This document shows positions 48,601 through 61,426 of a stretch of 64,000 nucleotides of DNA, piece after piece (the stretch's first letter is position 1; each line of letters opens with the position of its first letter). The notes beneath the pieces were generated by a model. It searched no databases and was not told the origin of the DNA. It worked only from the letters and a program-made list of their open reading frames with translations. The stretch lies in NCBI RefSeq assembly GCF_030028105.1, contig NC_092370.1, positions 186,416,005-186,480,004 on the forward strand. Direction: 5' to 3'. The position numbers and the translations under genes are program-made. This DNA comes from Mobula birostris (taxonomy: Eukaryota).

Positions 48601-49195
48601 GGGATTTAAAGTTTTTACATGTAGGCTCATACTAGGTTTGGAGGATGTTTCCAGTGTTGCCCTCTTAGAAGTTCATGCATTACTCTCCTTAATATCTATA
48701 AATCTCTTGGAAGATGTAATAAGAACCATGATTCTCTGCCAACCAATATGTTTCAAGTACTTGCAATATCACTTAGAGTCGGTAAAAGCTTGTCAGCTGA
48801 ACATGTTAACTTCCATAGGTATTAACTGTTTCTTGTAAATATATCCTTGTAAGTATATGGCCCTTATGTAAGTATAACAATGGCATAGCGACACAGCAAG
48901 TTGAGCACTGCCTCATAGCATCAGAGACTCAAAGTTCAATTCTGACCTCTGGTTGTGTCTGTATGAAGTTTGCATGTTTTGCGTGTAGTCACATAGAGTT
49001 CTTATAGCAAAAAGGTGTGCAGAATGCTAGGTTAATTGGCCACTATAAGTTGCCCCGAGTGTGTAAGTGATTGGAAGAATCTGGGAGGCGTTAATGCAAA
49101 TGTGTGGAGAACAAAAAAAGTGAGGTTAATGTAGCAACACACATAAAAGTTGCTGGTGAACACAGCAGGCCAGGCAGCATCTCTAGAAAGAGGTA

Positions 49196-49233
49196 CAGTC
49201 GATGTTTCAGGCCGAGACCCTTCGTCAGGATTA
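49196..49233 (-). ncRNA. Hammerhead ribozyme motif, inverted pLTR copy (partly decayed)
   Basis: The minus strand reads TAATC-CTGACGA-AGGGTCTCGGCCT-GAAA-CATC-GACTG. Confidence 0.7.
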
Positions 49234-49876
49234 ACTGAAAGAAGAACTAGTAAGAGATTTGAAAGTGGGAGGGGGAGATCCGAAATGATAGGAGACTCCC
49301 GGCACTCCCGATGCGGCCTTCTATATATTGGTGAGACCCAACGCAGACTGGGAGACTGATTCGCTGAACACCTACGCTCTGTCCACCAGAGAAAGCAGGA
49401 TCTCCCAGTGGCCACACATTTTAATTCCACGTCCCATTCCCATTCTGATATGTCTATCCAAGGCCTCCTCTACTGTCAAGATGAAGCCACACTCAGGTTG
49501 GAGGAACAACACCTTATATTCTGTCTGGGTAGCCTCCAAACTGATGGCATGAACATTGACTTCTCAAACTTCTGCTAATGCCCCTCCTCCCCCTCGTACC
49601 CCATCCATTATTTATTTATTTATATACACACATTCTTTTTCTCTCTCTCTTTTTTCTCCCTCTGCCCCCCTCACTATACCCCTTGCCCATCCTCTGGGTT
49701 CCCCCCCCCCACTTTCTTTCTCCCTAGGCCTCCTGTCCCATGATACTCTCATATCCCTTTTGCCAATCACCTGTCCAGCTCTTGGCTCCATCCCTCCCCC
49801 TCCTGTCTTCTCCTATCATTTTGGATCTCCCCCTCCCCCTCCCACTTTCAAATCTCTTACTGACTCTTCTTTCAGT

Positions 49877-49914
49877 TAGTCCTGACGAAGGGTCTCGGCC
49901 TGAAACGTCGACTG
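49877..49914 (+). ncRNA. Minimal type I hammerhead ribozyme motif in Penelope pLTR
   Basis: TAGTC-CTGACGA-AGGGTCTCGGCCT-GAAA-CGTC-GACTG: stem I TAGTC/GACTG, intact core, palindromic ACGT stem III, GUC cleavage triplet. Confidence 0.85.
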
Positions 49915-50559
49915 TACCTCCTCCTAGAGATGCTGCATGGCCTGCTGTGTTCACCAGCAACTTTTATGTGTGTTGCTTGAAATTCTAGCACCTGCAGATT
50001 TCCTCGCGTTTGCGAGGTTTATGTAGGATTAGTGTAAATAGGTGATTGATGGTCATGGAGGATTCATTGGGTTGAAGGACATGTTTCCATGTATTATTTC
50101 TCTATGACTCTGTACCCTAGTCTCTTGTACATTAAATATGTGTATTAAATTTAAAAAAACATCTTTTATTTTTATTTCAGAATCCCAGCATTTGTAGTTT
50201 CTTTTTATTTTCATTTAGTGTTAAGTTTTGTATGAAAATATCAATTACTATTGTTGGCGCTGGGCTGAGAACTATCCTAAATTTTCTTTTAAAGAAAGAG
50301 TATTGAAAAAGTGAAAGTGATAGGATTGGGAAGGTAAGAGTGATGGTTTTGTAGAGGATTTAGTATGGAACATTGATTTAATTATTTACTGTACTTCTAG
50401 CGTGGTTGCATTTAATGTGAAGGACAGATTTTTCTTTTGACCCAACATTAAGCTGTTGAGGAGCCTGGGAATTATGACACAGTCATTAATACATTGTTCA
50501 CAAAGGTACAATACATGTTCAATACAAGTATTGCAACTTACAGATCATCTTTCAAGTGT

Positions 50560-51140
50560 TCAACATAAAGGGCACTGACTCATCAGGTATTGAATAACGT
50601 AGAGGATCAGAGAGAGAATGGCCTTTTTAAGTTAGCAGAAGAAACCAGTTAAAAGCTTAAAAAGAAATACAGAATGCTAGTTTAGCCACAGTTCTGGTTA
50701 CCATATTATGGGAATGATGTGTATACTCTGGAGAGGTTGCAGAGGGGATTTACAAAGGTATCGCTATGATGGAAAATTGTGATTGTGGGAAAAGATTGGA
50801 TGGACTAGGATTGTTTTCTTTTGGAGCTGAGAAGCTGAGAGAGATTTAATTTTGGTGTCAAAAATTATGATAGACTCAAAAGGACCAACTTCCCTTCAAA
50901 GAAACTAGGAGGCATGGATTTAAATTAATTTGTAGAAATATCAGAGAGGAAGTATGAAAGTAATCTTTTAACTACAAGACATTGAATTGACAGTGTAAAA
51001 GAGTAATAGAGACAGAAACCCTCAACACAGTACTTAGATCTACCTCATAAAACCTATGAATCACTAATGCTTGTGGATCAAGTAATGATTTTGGGGTAGT
51101 TCTTGTTCGATTAGGTCAAATGGCCTCCTTCTGTGATGAA
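50560..51140 (+). mobile_element. Degraded CR1 3' fragment
   Basis: LERLQRGFTK and RLDGLGLFS remnants; tail GGTCAAATGGCCTCCTTCTGTG. Confidence 0.7.
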
Positions 51141-51729
51141 AAAGTGTGCAATTTTTTTGGTTAAGGGAGGTCAAAGATTGCAGCTGTCCTTGCTGATGTT
51201 AGACCTTAGGCAACAAAATGTCATTGGATGCATGGTCAATATTGAAAACTTGTAAGGCTTTTTCCCCCAACCCGTATGCCTCAGCATTTGATCTCTTCTG
51301 TCAGTGTTCAAGGTCATACCCAGAGACTCTGAAGGAAGAAAAACGCATTTTGCCTGTAAGAATAGTTCTGTGAACATACTATGATAGTGCTAGATGGGTG
51401 GACAGTTGTTCCGATATAGACACCAGTCTCCAGATATATGTGTTGATAAATTTTAAAAGTTGATTTGCCTGAGATTGATTTTGGTATGTTTGAAATTAGT
51501 TACTGTACTAGACTTTTTGAGAGTCGAAGTCTGGTTTTATACTTTCTGTGTTTTTACATAGTAATTGCAACAAAAATAAGTGACATTAAATGTCATTCGT
51601 GCTAGAAAGCTGCGAGACTTTTAGTTTCTCCTGGCAATACTGCCACATATCTTTGCACTGTGGAGGTAGATGTGGATTTAAATTTGAGTCAAGTGAATTC
51701 CAGCCTGGTGGCATTCAAAATAGATAGTA

Positions 51730-52467
51730 GCAACACACACGGAATGCTGGAGGAACTCAGCAGGCCAGGCAGCCTCTATGGAAAAGAGTAAACAGTCGAT
51801 GTTTCAGGCCGAAACCCTTCATCAAAACTCAGGCCGAAACGTCAACTGTTTGCTCTTTTCCATAGATGCCTCCTGTATATTGGTGAGACACAACGTAGGT
51901 TGGGAGACTGCTTCACCGAGCACCTATGCTCCGTCTGCCAGAGAAATTGGGATCTCCCAGTGGCTACCCATTTTAATTCCACTTCCCATTCTCATTCTGA
52001 CATGTCAGTCCATGGCCTCCCCTACTGTCATGATAAGGCCACACTCAGGTTGGAAGAGCAACACTTTATATTCCTTCTGGGTAGCCTTCAGACTGATGGT
52101 ATGAACATTGATTTCTTGAACTTCTGATAATGCCTCCCCCCTCTCTTTCACCATTCTCCATTTGCATTTTCCTCTCTCATCTTAGCTCCTTACCCATCAC
52201 CTCCCCTGTGGTGCTCCTCCCCTCTTTTCTTTCTTCCATGGTCTTTTATCCTCCCTTATCAGATTCCCCCTTCTCCAGTTCTGTATCTCCTTCACTAATC
52301 AACTTCCCACCTCTTTACTTCACCCCTCCCAGTTTCTTCTTCCCCTCCCCTCACCTTCTAATTCTGACTCCTCATCTTTTCTTCGCCAGCCCTGCTGTAG
52401 GGTCTTGGCCTGAAATGTTGACTGTACTTTTTTCCGTAGATGTTGCCTGGCCTTCTGAGTTCCTCCA
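51730..52467 (+). mobile_element. Penelope (Neptune-type): fold-back 5' pLTR, GIY-YIG C-terminus and 3' pLTR
   Basis: ORF 51900-52127 (FTEHLCSV...PVATHFNSTSHSHSDM...LEEQH); inverted pLTR at 51730-51868. Confidence 0.92.
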
Positions 52468-52484
52468 AAAGGGGAGGTAATGTG

Positions 52485-52680
52485 TGTTATTTCAAACAGC
52501 AGGGGCTTTATCTGCATTGTCCTGGGCAATATTCATCTCTCAATTAACTTGGCTGAAACTTGATTATATGATTATTATCATATTGCATTTTGTGAAAGCC
52601 GTCTTTGCATAAGTAAGCTGCCATGATCCATATAATATGAGTAATTTAAAAAATATACTGTATACTTTGGAGGAGCAGAG
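52485..52680 (+). mobile_element. Deu-domain SINE (SacSINE1/AmnSINE1-like) remnant
   Basis: CAGGGG...TGTCCTGGGCAATATTCATCTCTCAA...GATTATATGATTATTATCATATTGC...GCTGCC resembles the Deu domain as I recall it. Confidence 0.65.
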
Positions 52681-52854
52681 ACATTTGTTGTTAATGTTTT
52701 CAAGTGAATGTATACATGCATCAGTGACCTGGACTTTTTTTTAATCTTAAAGATGATTATTGAAAGTGCCTATTCCCCTGCCTGCTTTCTTATCTGTATC
52801 CTCTTGAGTAGAATACATAAAAATAAATATGAAAAGATTTTGAAAAGAAATAAT

Positions 52855-55266
52855 AAAGAAATTGTAGAATGTCTAAGGGATGGCTTTTTAGAATAGCTTG
52901 TTGTTGAGCCCACTAGGGGATCGACTGTGCTGGATTGGGTGTTGTGCAATGATCCAGAGGTGATAAGAGAGCTGAAGCAACTCTTAAGGAACAATGATCA
53001 CAATATGATCGAGTGCACTTTGAAATTTGAGAAAGATTAACTAAATTCCAATGTGTCAGTATTTCAGTGGAATAAAGGAAACTACAATGGCATGAGAGAG
53101 GAATCTGCCAAAGTTGACTGGAAGGAAACCCTAGTAGGAAGGACAGCAGAGCAGCAAAGGCTGGAGTTTCTGTGAAAAATGAGGGAAATGCCAGACAGAT
53201 ATATTCCAAATAAGAAGAAATTTTCGAATGGAGAAAGGACACTACTGTGGATGACAAGTGAAGTTAGAGCCAAAGTGAAAGCAAAAGAGAGGACATACAA
53301 GGAAGTCAAAGCTGGTGGGAAGCTAGAGGATTGGAAAGCTTTTAAAAACCTGCAGAAGGAAACTAAGAAGGTCATTAGGAAAGAAAAGATGAATTACGAA
53401 AGGAAGCTGGTGACTAGTATCAAAGATACTAAAAGCCTTTTTAAGTATATAAAGAGTAAAAGAGAGTTGAGGGTAGATATAGGACCAATAGAAAATGACA
53501 CTGGAGATATTGTAATGAGAGATGCAGAGATGGCATTGGAACTGAATGAGTATTTTGTATCAGTCTTGACAGTGAAAGACTTCTGCAGTATACCGGACAT
53601 TCAAGAGTGCCAGGGAAGTGAAATATGTGCAGTGAAAATTAGGACTGAGAAGGTGCTCAGGAAGCCTTATGGTCTGAGGGTGGATAAATCTTCTGGACTT
53701 GATGGAATGCACTCTCGGGTTCTGAAGGAAGTAGCTGGAGAGATTGTGGAAGCATTAACAATGATCTTTCAAGAATCGATAGATTCTGGCATTGTACTGG
53801 ATAACTGGAAAATTGTAAATGTTACTCCTCTATTTAAGAAGGGTGGGAGGTAGCAGAAAGGAAACTGTAGACCTGTTAGCCCAACATCAGTGGTTAGGAG
53901 GTTGTTGGAATCGATTGTTAGGGATGAGATTACAGAATACTTGGAGGCACATGACAAGATAGGCCAAAGCCAGCATGGTGTTCTGAAAGGAAAATCCAAC
54001 CTGACAAACCTACTGCAATTTTTTTGAGGAAATTACAAGTAGGGTAGACAAAGGAGATGCAGTAGATGTGGTGTACTTGGATTTTCAGAAGGCCTTTGAC
54101 AAGGTGCTGCACATGAGGCTGCTTAGCAAGATAAGAGCCCATGGAATTACAGGGAAGTTACTAGCATGGGTGGAGCACTGGCTGATTGGTAGAAAACAGA
54201 GAGTAGGAATAAAGGGATCCTATTCTGGCTGGCTGCTGGTTACCAGTGGAGTTCTAGAGGGTTTAGTGTTGGGACCACTGCTTTTTACGATGTATGCCAA
54301 TAATTTAGACTGTGGGATTAATGGATTTGTGGCTAAATTTGCCGATGATACAAAGATAGGTGGAGGAGCAGGTAGTGTTGAGGAAACAGAGAGCCTGCAG
54401 AGAGACCTAGATAGTTTAGGGGAATGGGCAAAGAAGTGGCAAGTGAAATACAATATTGGAAAGTGTATGGTCGTGCACTTTGGTGGAAGAAATAAATGGG
54501 AAGACTATTATTTAGATGTGGAGAGAATTCAAAATGCAGAGATGCAAAGGGACTTGGGAATCCTTGTGCAGGATACCCTAAAGGTTAACTTCCAGGTTGA
54601 GTTGGTGGTGCAGAAGGTGAATGCAATGTTGGCATTCATTTCTAGAGGTATAAAATATTAGAGCAGGGATGTGACATTGAGGCTGTATAAAGCACTCATG
54701 AGACCACACTTGGAGTATTGTGTGCAGTTTTGGGCTCCTTATTTTAGAAAGGATATACTGACATTGGAGAGGGTTCAGAGAAGATTCATGAGAATGATTC
54801 GAGGAATGAAAGGGTTACCGTATGAGGAACATCTGGCAGCTCTTGGGCTGTATTCCCTGGAGTTCAGGAGAATGAGGGGGATCTCATTAGAAACATTCCA
54901 AATGTTAAATGGCCTGAACAGATTAGATGTCGCAAAGTGATTTCCCGTGGTAGGGGAGTCCAGGACAAGAGGACATGTCTTCAGGATTGAAGGATGTCCA
55001 TTTAGAACAGAGATGTCGAGAAATTACTTTAGTCAGAGGGTGGTTAATCTGTGGAATTTGTTGCCACAAGCGGCTGTGGAGGCCAAGTCATTGGGTGTAT
55101 TTAAGGCAGAGATGGATGGGTTCTTGATTAGCCAGGGCATCAAAGGGTATGGGAGAAGGCAGGGGAGTGGGGATGACTGGAAGAATTGGCTTAGCCCATG
55201 ACTGAATGGCAAAGCAGACTCGGTGGGCCAAATGGCCTACTTCTGCTCCTATATCTTATGGTCTTA
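52855..55266 (+). mobile_element. CR1 LINE ORF2 (endonuclease C-terminus, RT, 3' tail), disrupted
   Basis: ORFs 53179-53853, 54068-54661 (YLDFQKAFDKV...KFADDTK), 54671-54940 and 54947-55201; tail CTTATGGTCTT. Confidence 0.96.
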
Positions 55267-55921
55267 ATAATAAACGGATTTTAGATATGTGTGAGTGATT
55301 CACATCACCATACCATTGAGAGAGGAGTCTAACTGTAGAATATTGAGAAAAAATATTAATTTGATAGCTGGTTCAGTTTTTACAAACAAAATGGAAGTAA
55401 AGTTAGAATTTATCAGAGAAGAATATCGATTAATTGTTAAAGATTATTAGAGATTTGTTTCTGAAAAATGTACGGCTATGCTGAAATTGCATGAACCTCT
55501 GGAACTTACCAGCATCTACAATCCGATATTTTACATCCTTTTCATGTCCCCCATCACCTGTGAATCAGTAACAATGATGAGGCCTCCCTACCATCTTAAT
55601 CTACAGTATCTTTTACTCCATCCTCAAATATCTTGTCCAGCTTTGACTTTTCATTGCCATCATTCAACATGTTAGGTATCATCCTACTCCATCTCCAACC
55701 ACTCTCCTCCAAATCTGGGCAATGAGATTAGGTGCCTCCTAGCTATATTTTAATAGAATTTGTCTGATTTATATTGTAAACAGAATATACTTCCACTTAT
55801 TTTCTATTTAAATAAAAGCATAAATTGTACTTTCGTAATACTTTTTGAATCTGGTCTTTATCTTTAATCAAGTAATATTAAAAAAATTAATTCAGCAAGT
55901 CCCACCTGAGTTCAATAGTTA

Positions 55922-56402
55922 ATAGTCATTGTCACAGTCATACTTTATTGATCCCAGGGGAAATTGGTTTTCGTTACAGTTGCACCATAAATAATTAAAT
56001 AGTAATAGAAATTATTTATTATTTATTACTTGTTTACTATGTAAATTATGCCAGGAAATAAGTCCAGGACCAGCCTATTGGCTCAGGGTGTCTGACTCTC
56101 CAAGGGAGGAGTTTGTAAAGTTTGATGGCCACAAGCAGGAATGACTTCCTATGATCTGTGTTGCATCTCGGTGGAATGAGTCTCTGGCTCAATGTACTCC
56201 TGTGCCCAACCAGTACATTATGTAGTGGATGGGAGACATTGTCCAAGATGGCATGCAACTTGGACAGCATCCTCTTTTCAGACACCACCGTGAGAGAGTC
56301 CAGTTCCATCCCCAGAACGTCACTGGCCTTACGAATGAGTTTGTTGATTCTGTTGGTGTCTGCTACCCTCAGCCTGCTGCCCCGGCATACAACAGCAAAC
56401 AT
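55922..56402 (-). mobile_element. Rex1 LINE 3' fragment (subfamily distinct from the LPSGRRY type)
   Basis: ORF 56046-56405 (NKLIRKASDVLG...RMLSKLHAILDNVSHPLH...RKSFL..AIKLY). Confidence 0.88.
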
Positions 56403-56765
56403 CAAAGTTCAAAGTAAATTTATTATCAACTACTGTACATATATGTTACCATATACTACCTTGAGATTCATTGCCTTGCAGGAATTTACAGAAAAAAAAG
56501 AAATATAATAGAATTTTATGAAAAACTATATATAATCAGAGACTGACAAACAACCAATGTGCAAGAGAAAGCAAACTGTGCAAATAAAAAGAATACTGAG
56601 AACATAAGTTATAAAAGAGTCCTTGGAAGTGAGTTTGTAGGTTGTAGAATCAGCCCAGACTAGTGGTGAATTAAGTTATCCACAGTGGTTCGGGAGTCTG
56701 ATAGTTGAAGGGTAATTTATGTTCTTGAACCTAGTGATGTATGACCTAAAGCTTCTATACCTCTT
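56403..56765 (-). mobile_element. Rex1/Babar-type 3' UTR/tail fragment
   Basis: CAAAGTTCAAAGTAAATTTATTATCAA..., the same tail family as 33000 and 43600. Confidence 0.85.
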
Positions 56766-57599
56766 GTTTTTCCAGTTGGCTGAATTATTCTGACCATACT
56801 TAGGAAGTAAAGTATGCGGTAACGTTTCAAATTCACAACTCTGGCCAGTTACAAAAAAAATCAGAAATAAGTGCCAAAGGGAAGGCTGGGCAGCACCAGC
56901 CTCCTATACATAATGATTTGCTAACCTGACTGAAGTGCTGACAAGACTAAGAGGGAAGTGAAACAGGATGTAGTAGATAGTTTTAAATGATCTCAAAACT
57001 GATGGACCAGAATCTATTTCAGCAGCTCTGGAGCATCAAGTGTGAATAGTAGTGGATAACTAGACATCAAACCAGAGGAGGCTCTAAGAATATGTCAGTT
57101 CTCAGCAATGGAGGGGTCCAACATCTAAATGCTAAAGACAAGACTGAAACATTTATAACCATGTGTAGTTGGAAATCTTATGCTTCTCTAAGAGTGGGGA
57201 TCTCAGGAAGGTATCTCTTCCTGAGTTCCCTCTATCATAGAAGGATTTTAGGTGCAATCCACTGCCTGTAAACAACCTTTCAAGTTTGTTTAAAATGTGT
57301 GGTACAGATCCTGTCCTCTATGTTATCTTTTATCACGCTCCTAAACCCAATGCCTGCTTTCTCTCAGAATTCTTATCCTTCAATATATTGAACTATGACA
57401 GGATTGTCATTGCCGATAATTTCAATATTCGTATTAAGGATCTCTCAAATGTGAACTCGATCGCAACTGAATTCATGAACTTACTAGACAATCTAGCTCT
57501 TACCCAGCATGTCACTGAGCCCACCCATTGACTAATAAATCCACTTGACTTTGTAGTGACAAAAGGGTTAAACATTATTAATGTCTGAAATGTTGGCTG

Positions 57600-58282
57600 C
57601 TTGTTTGTAGGATTGTTTATCAAGTCTGGATGTTAGGTAGCAAACGTTTCATCACCTGTTGAGGTGACATAATCAGTACACAACTGAGTGTTGTTTCTGC
57701 TGAGTGCTCATGTTTATATTGGTTGAACTCGTCCTTATGGCCGCTAAGTCTCCACTGGATCCTAGACAATTGGGAGAAAACTATCCTTGAGACTGCATGA
57801 ACATCAGCTTGTCATTAGAAAACACGATCCTCTGTCAGTCATCTCAGTACATGAAGACCAAGAAGGACACAAGTTCGTCCGGGAACCTACAGAGGTCTTG
57901 GCAGAAGTACAAAACAAAAAGATCACGGAAATTCTTAGAAGCTGGATTCTCAATGGAAGATTCTAGTAATACTGTACATATGTCGAACTGGATGCAATTT
58001 ATGACCCTGTGTGTGTGGGATTGGGGCTGAGGAGTGAGCTGCAGACATCTGAGGAACCAACACTCACTACGACCGATAACCAGGGATACGGGCCAGCAGA
58101 GATCACTCAGCTATCTGGTTGGCTGCGATCAGCCGAGACTAGTGGCCAGGGCAACAGCCAACCAATCAGAATAAGTCGGACCAATATAAACATGAGCACT
58201 CAGCACTGATGATATCACCTCGATTGATGATGAAACATTTGCAACCTAACTTCCAGGCTCAGCAAACAACCCTACAAACAAA
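57600..58282 (+). mobile_element. Penelope-like element, second family: inverted pLTR, GIY-YIG remnant and pLTR
   Basis: 57600-57723 is the inverted copy of 58180-58282. Peptide GRKLSLRLHEHQLVIRKHDPLSVISVHEDQEGHKF...RKFLEAGFS. Confidence 0.88.
58203..58242 (+). ncRNA. Hammerhead ribozyme motif (decayed), second Penelope family; inverted partner at 57640-57679
   Basis: GCA-CTGATGA-TATCACCTCGATTGATGAT-GAAA-CATT-TGC. The partner reads GTA-CTGATTA-TGTCACCTCAACAGGTGAT-GAAA-CGTT-TGC on the minus strand. Confidence 0.7.
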
Positions 58283-58942
58283 GTTATTAATGACTCTCTA
58301 TCTGATATCACTATTTTCGATAATTTTTGAGTAAATTTTGATAACCTCCTGCTTGTAAACAAGACCATGGAATTACAGTGAAAAATTGGTTTCTCAATGA
58401 GGCAACAAAAGTTAACTTCTCTGAGTTTGCTTGTTTATCTGTCTCCTGTGACCTAAGCTGCTCAGTAAATGAAATGGTTGATTCTTTCAACAAATATATT
58501 AAACACAGTGTCCCACTTAGGGTTGAAAAGTAAAACATTGTCATGGTTAAACAATTATGTCTCCAAACTCAAGAGATCATACAGAATAGCAGAGAGAAAA
58601 TGGAGGAAAACTGGGCTTGAAGTCCACTGTAACATTTTCAAGGAAAAACTAGCCTCCTTTAATGCTACGATACGCTGTGCAAGAAAAGGCTATTTTTCCA
58701 AGATTATTATAGAGAATAGCAACAATTCAAGAATATTATTCTCAACTATAAACCAACAGTTGAACCCTGCCCCAACCTATAATGTCCTCAGTCAAGCATC
58801 TGCCACAATATGTGAGGAGTTCACAATATTTTTATCAACAAAATTACTTCTATTAGGGAGAGTATAGCTAATGATACTGGTAACCTTCATAGCCGACCTC
58901 ATAAAAAGATTGACAACCATGTCAAACTTTACAAGTATTTCT

Positions 58943-59322
58943 TTCTTACTTTTTTTTTTGTTTTTTCAAATGTTTTTATTGTGAAGCAACAACAGCTTAA
59001 CCACAACCGACAATATCCTAAAGTTCAATGCTTTTTTTTTCTTTTCTTTCTTATAACAACATAATGAAAGTCAAATGAATGTATGTATAGTAAACAAGCA
59101 AAAAGCAAAGGAAACCCTACCACCCTGTCTCCTTTCCCCTTCCCAGCCCTCCCCTCCCCTCAGCTCTCCTGTATGTATTGTTTAGGTCCCCCCCCCCCCC
59201 GACACTTAGTTCAGCTGTCAGTCTCTTCGAAATACAACAGTAATGGTTGCCAGATTTTTTCAAATTCCTTGAGTCTGTCCTTGATAATGTATCTTATTCT
59301 CTCTAGATGCAGAGTATCCACC
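58943..59322 (-). mobile_element. L1 LINE 3' end (5'-truncated) with poly(A)
   Basis: The minus strand reads VDTLHLERIRYIIKDRLKEFEKIWQPLLLYFEETDS*, followed by AATAAA and an A-rich tail. Perfect 14-bp TSD TTACAAGTATTTCT at 58929-58942 and 59323-59336. Confidence 0.92.
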
Positions 59323-59817
59323 TTACAAGTATTTCTGATTCAGAACTCTATAAAATTGTAACGAAGAGTAAACCATTTATTTGCTGTCTCGACCCGATTG
59401 CTACCACACTTTTTAAGGATTCTTTTAAGTGTTCTCAGTTCTGTTAGGAAAATTATTAACCATCCCTTGAAACTGGAGTTTTTTTCAGATGCCTTCAAAA
59501 TTGCAGCTGTCTAACAGAACAGAGACAGCCCTTGACAAAATTGTCAGCAATCTTAGGCTCAACCCTGATGCCAACAGATTCTCGGTTCTAATTTTTCTAG
59601 ATCTAAATGCTGCCTTCGACACAATTGACCACAACACTCTCCTAGATATTCCTGACAATTGTGTTGGCCTCTCTGTTAGTGCTCTTAATTGTTTTTGCTC
59701 ATCCATCTTGGAGAGAAAATATTTTGTCCATTTTGGAGACCAATTTTCTCAGAGATACAATGTATTTTTTGGTGTTGCCCAAGGAAGCTGTTTTGGTCCC
59801 CTACTCTTCTCCTTATA

Positions 59818-60950
59818 CAGTGCCTTGTAAAAGTATTCAGCCCCCAACCCTTTGAGCATTACAACCAGAGAGTTTGATCAATTTAAATAAGAATTTTTAT
59901 TTGTGAATCACATACTTCTTTTTCACAGTAGAGCCCCAAAACAATGAAAATTGTAAAACACGAAAAGCACAAAATTCAAAAACTGGAATGTCAGCATTTC
60001 AAAAGTATTCATCTCCCTTTGCTCAGTACTTTGTTGAACCATCTCTCACAGCTATTACAGCCAGTAGTCTTTTTGAATCTGCCTCTATTAACTTTGCACA
60101 ATGCGATGGAGCAGAATTTGTCCATTCCCTTTGAACAATTGCTCAAAGTGGGCCAGGTTAGTTGGGGAGCAGTGGTGGGCAGCAATCTTAAGGTATTGCC
60201 AGAGGATATACTTTTTCTTAGCCAGAGCTTCTTCCTTGCCACTCTTCCATAAATACCTTTTTTATGCAGGACCTCAGAGATTGTGGAGCCATGGACTTCA
60301 ACTCCAATTGTAGCCATTGACTTCAGCAGTTCACTTAAAGTGACTGTTGGCATTACAGTAGCCTCTCTTACATGTGGTATTCTTCTATGTCAAAAGTTTA
60401 GAGGGTCGGTCTAAACTAGGCAGCACAGCTGTAGTTTCATATTTTTTCCACTATTTTACGACGGACTGCTCTGAGATCTAAGTTATGTTGTTATGCCTTT
60501 GAAGTGGTCTTATACTGTTCCCCAGATTTATGATTCTCTATCATCATATCCCTTACTTTCCTTGAATTCTCTTTTGTCTTCATTTTGATTTGGTCTATTG
60601 AAAATCTACCACGCTGTTGGACCTTACAGAGAGAGTGGGTATTTACTCAGGTGATACTCCAATTTTCTACATCAACAAATTGGGTGAGTTGTTAAGGTAA
60701 TATTGAGTATTGCACCTGAGGAAAGTTAGCATAGTAATTGCAAAGGGGATGAATACTTTTTCAGCCTCACAATGTTTGTTTTTAATTTTTAGTAAATTGT
60801 TGACAGATTTTGTAATTTTTTTTTTGATTTGACATGCTTCATGATGTTTTATAGATTAGCTCAAAAATTCTACAATATATTTCAAATTTAGAAAGTGAGA
60901 GAGTAAAATGTGAAAAATAGTTGTGGTGGCTGAATACTGTTTCAAGGCCG
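59818..60950 (-). mobile_element. Tc1-family IR/DR DNA transposon, internally deleted (DDE domain missing)
   Basis: TA TSDs at 59816-59817 and 60951-60952. Ends CAGTGCCTTGTAAAAGTATTCAGCC / GGCTGAATACTGTTTCAAGGCCG, inner DRs near 60001 and 60745. ORF 60009-60353 carries the HTH region STISEVLHKKGIYGRVARKK. Confidence 0.93.
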
Positions 60951-61426
60951 TATGAGACATCATTAAAGAGCATAAACTTGATTTCCGTAGTTATGCAGAT
61001 GGCACACAAGTGCATGTTTCTGCTGAGCTTGATGATGCTAACACCCTATCTTCTCTAACTTCTGGCATGACTGTAATAAAGAAATGGATGAGCAATAATT
61101 TACTAAAACAAAATGAAGATAAAACTGATATGCTTTTGGTTGGTCTCAAAGCCAAAAGAGATAAACTTCTTAATAAATTTGGGAAGTAACAAATCTGGTT
61201 GTTATCCTTGATTCAGATTTGAATTTTACATTCCACATAAAGAAAGCGACCAGAGCAGCATTTCTACATTTAAGAAATATTGCAGTTACATATGTTTCTA
61301 TCATGTATTGATGCTAAAGAATTCATACCTTTATATCGAACAGACTAAATTACTGCAATGCACTTTCTACTGGCCTTTCAAAGCAATATATTGACATATT
61401 TCAACTCCAGACTTTTAACTAAAATG

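Larger units (their letters stand above)
49135..50013 (+). mobile_element. Young 5'-truncated Penelope (Neptune-type): inverted 5' pLTR, GIY-YIG and 3' pLTR
   Basis: 49135-49296 is the inverted copy of about 49815-49976. Peptide SRCGLLYIGETQRRLGD*FAEHLRSV...LEEQHLIF. TSD GAGGTTWATGTAG at 49122-49134 and 50014-50026. Confidence 0.95.
48878..50110 (+). mobile_element. HE1-like V-SINE (48878-49134 plus 50014-50110) split by a Penelope insertion
   Basis: tRNA-like head, V-domain GTCTGTATGAAGTTTGCATGTT...AGGTTAATTGGCCAC, and CR1-like tail ...TCTCTATGACTCT. Confidence 0.82.
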
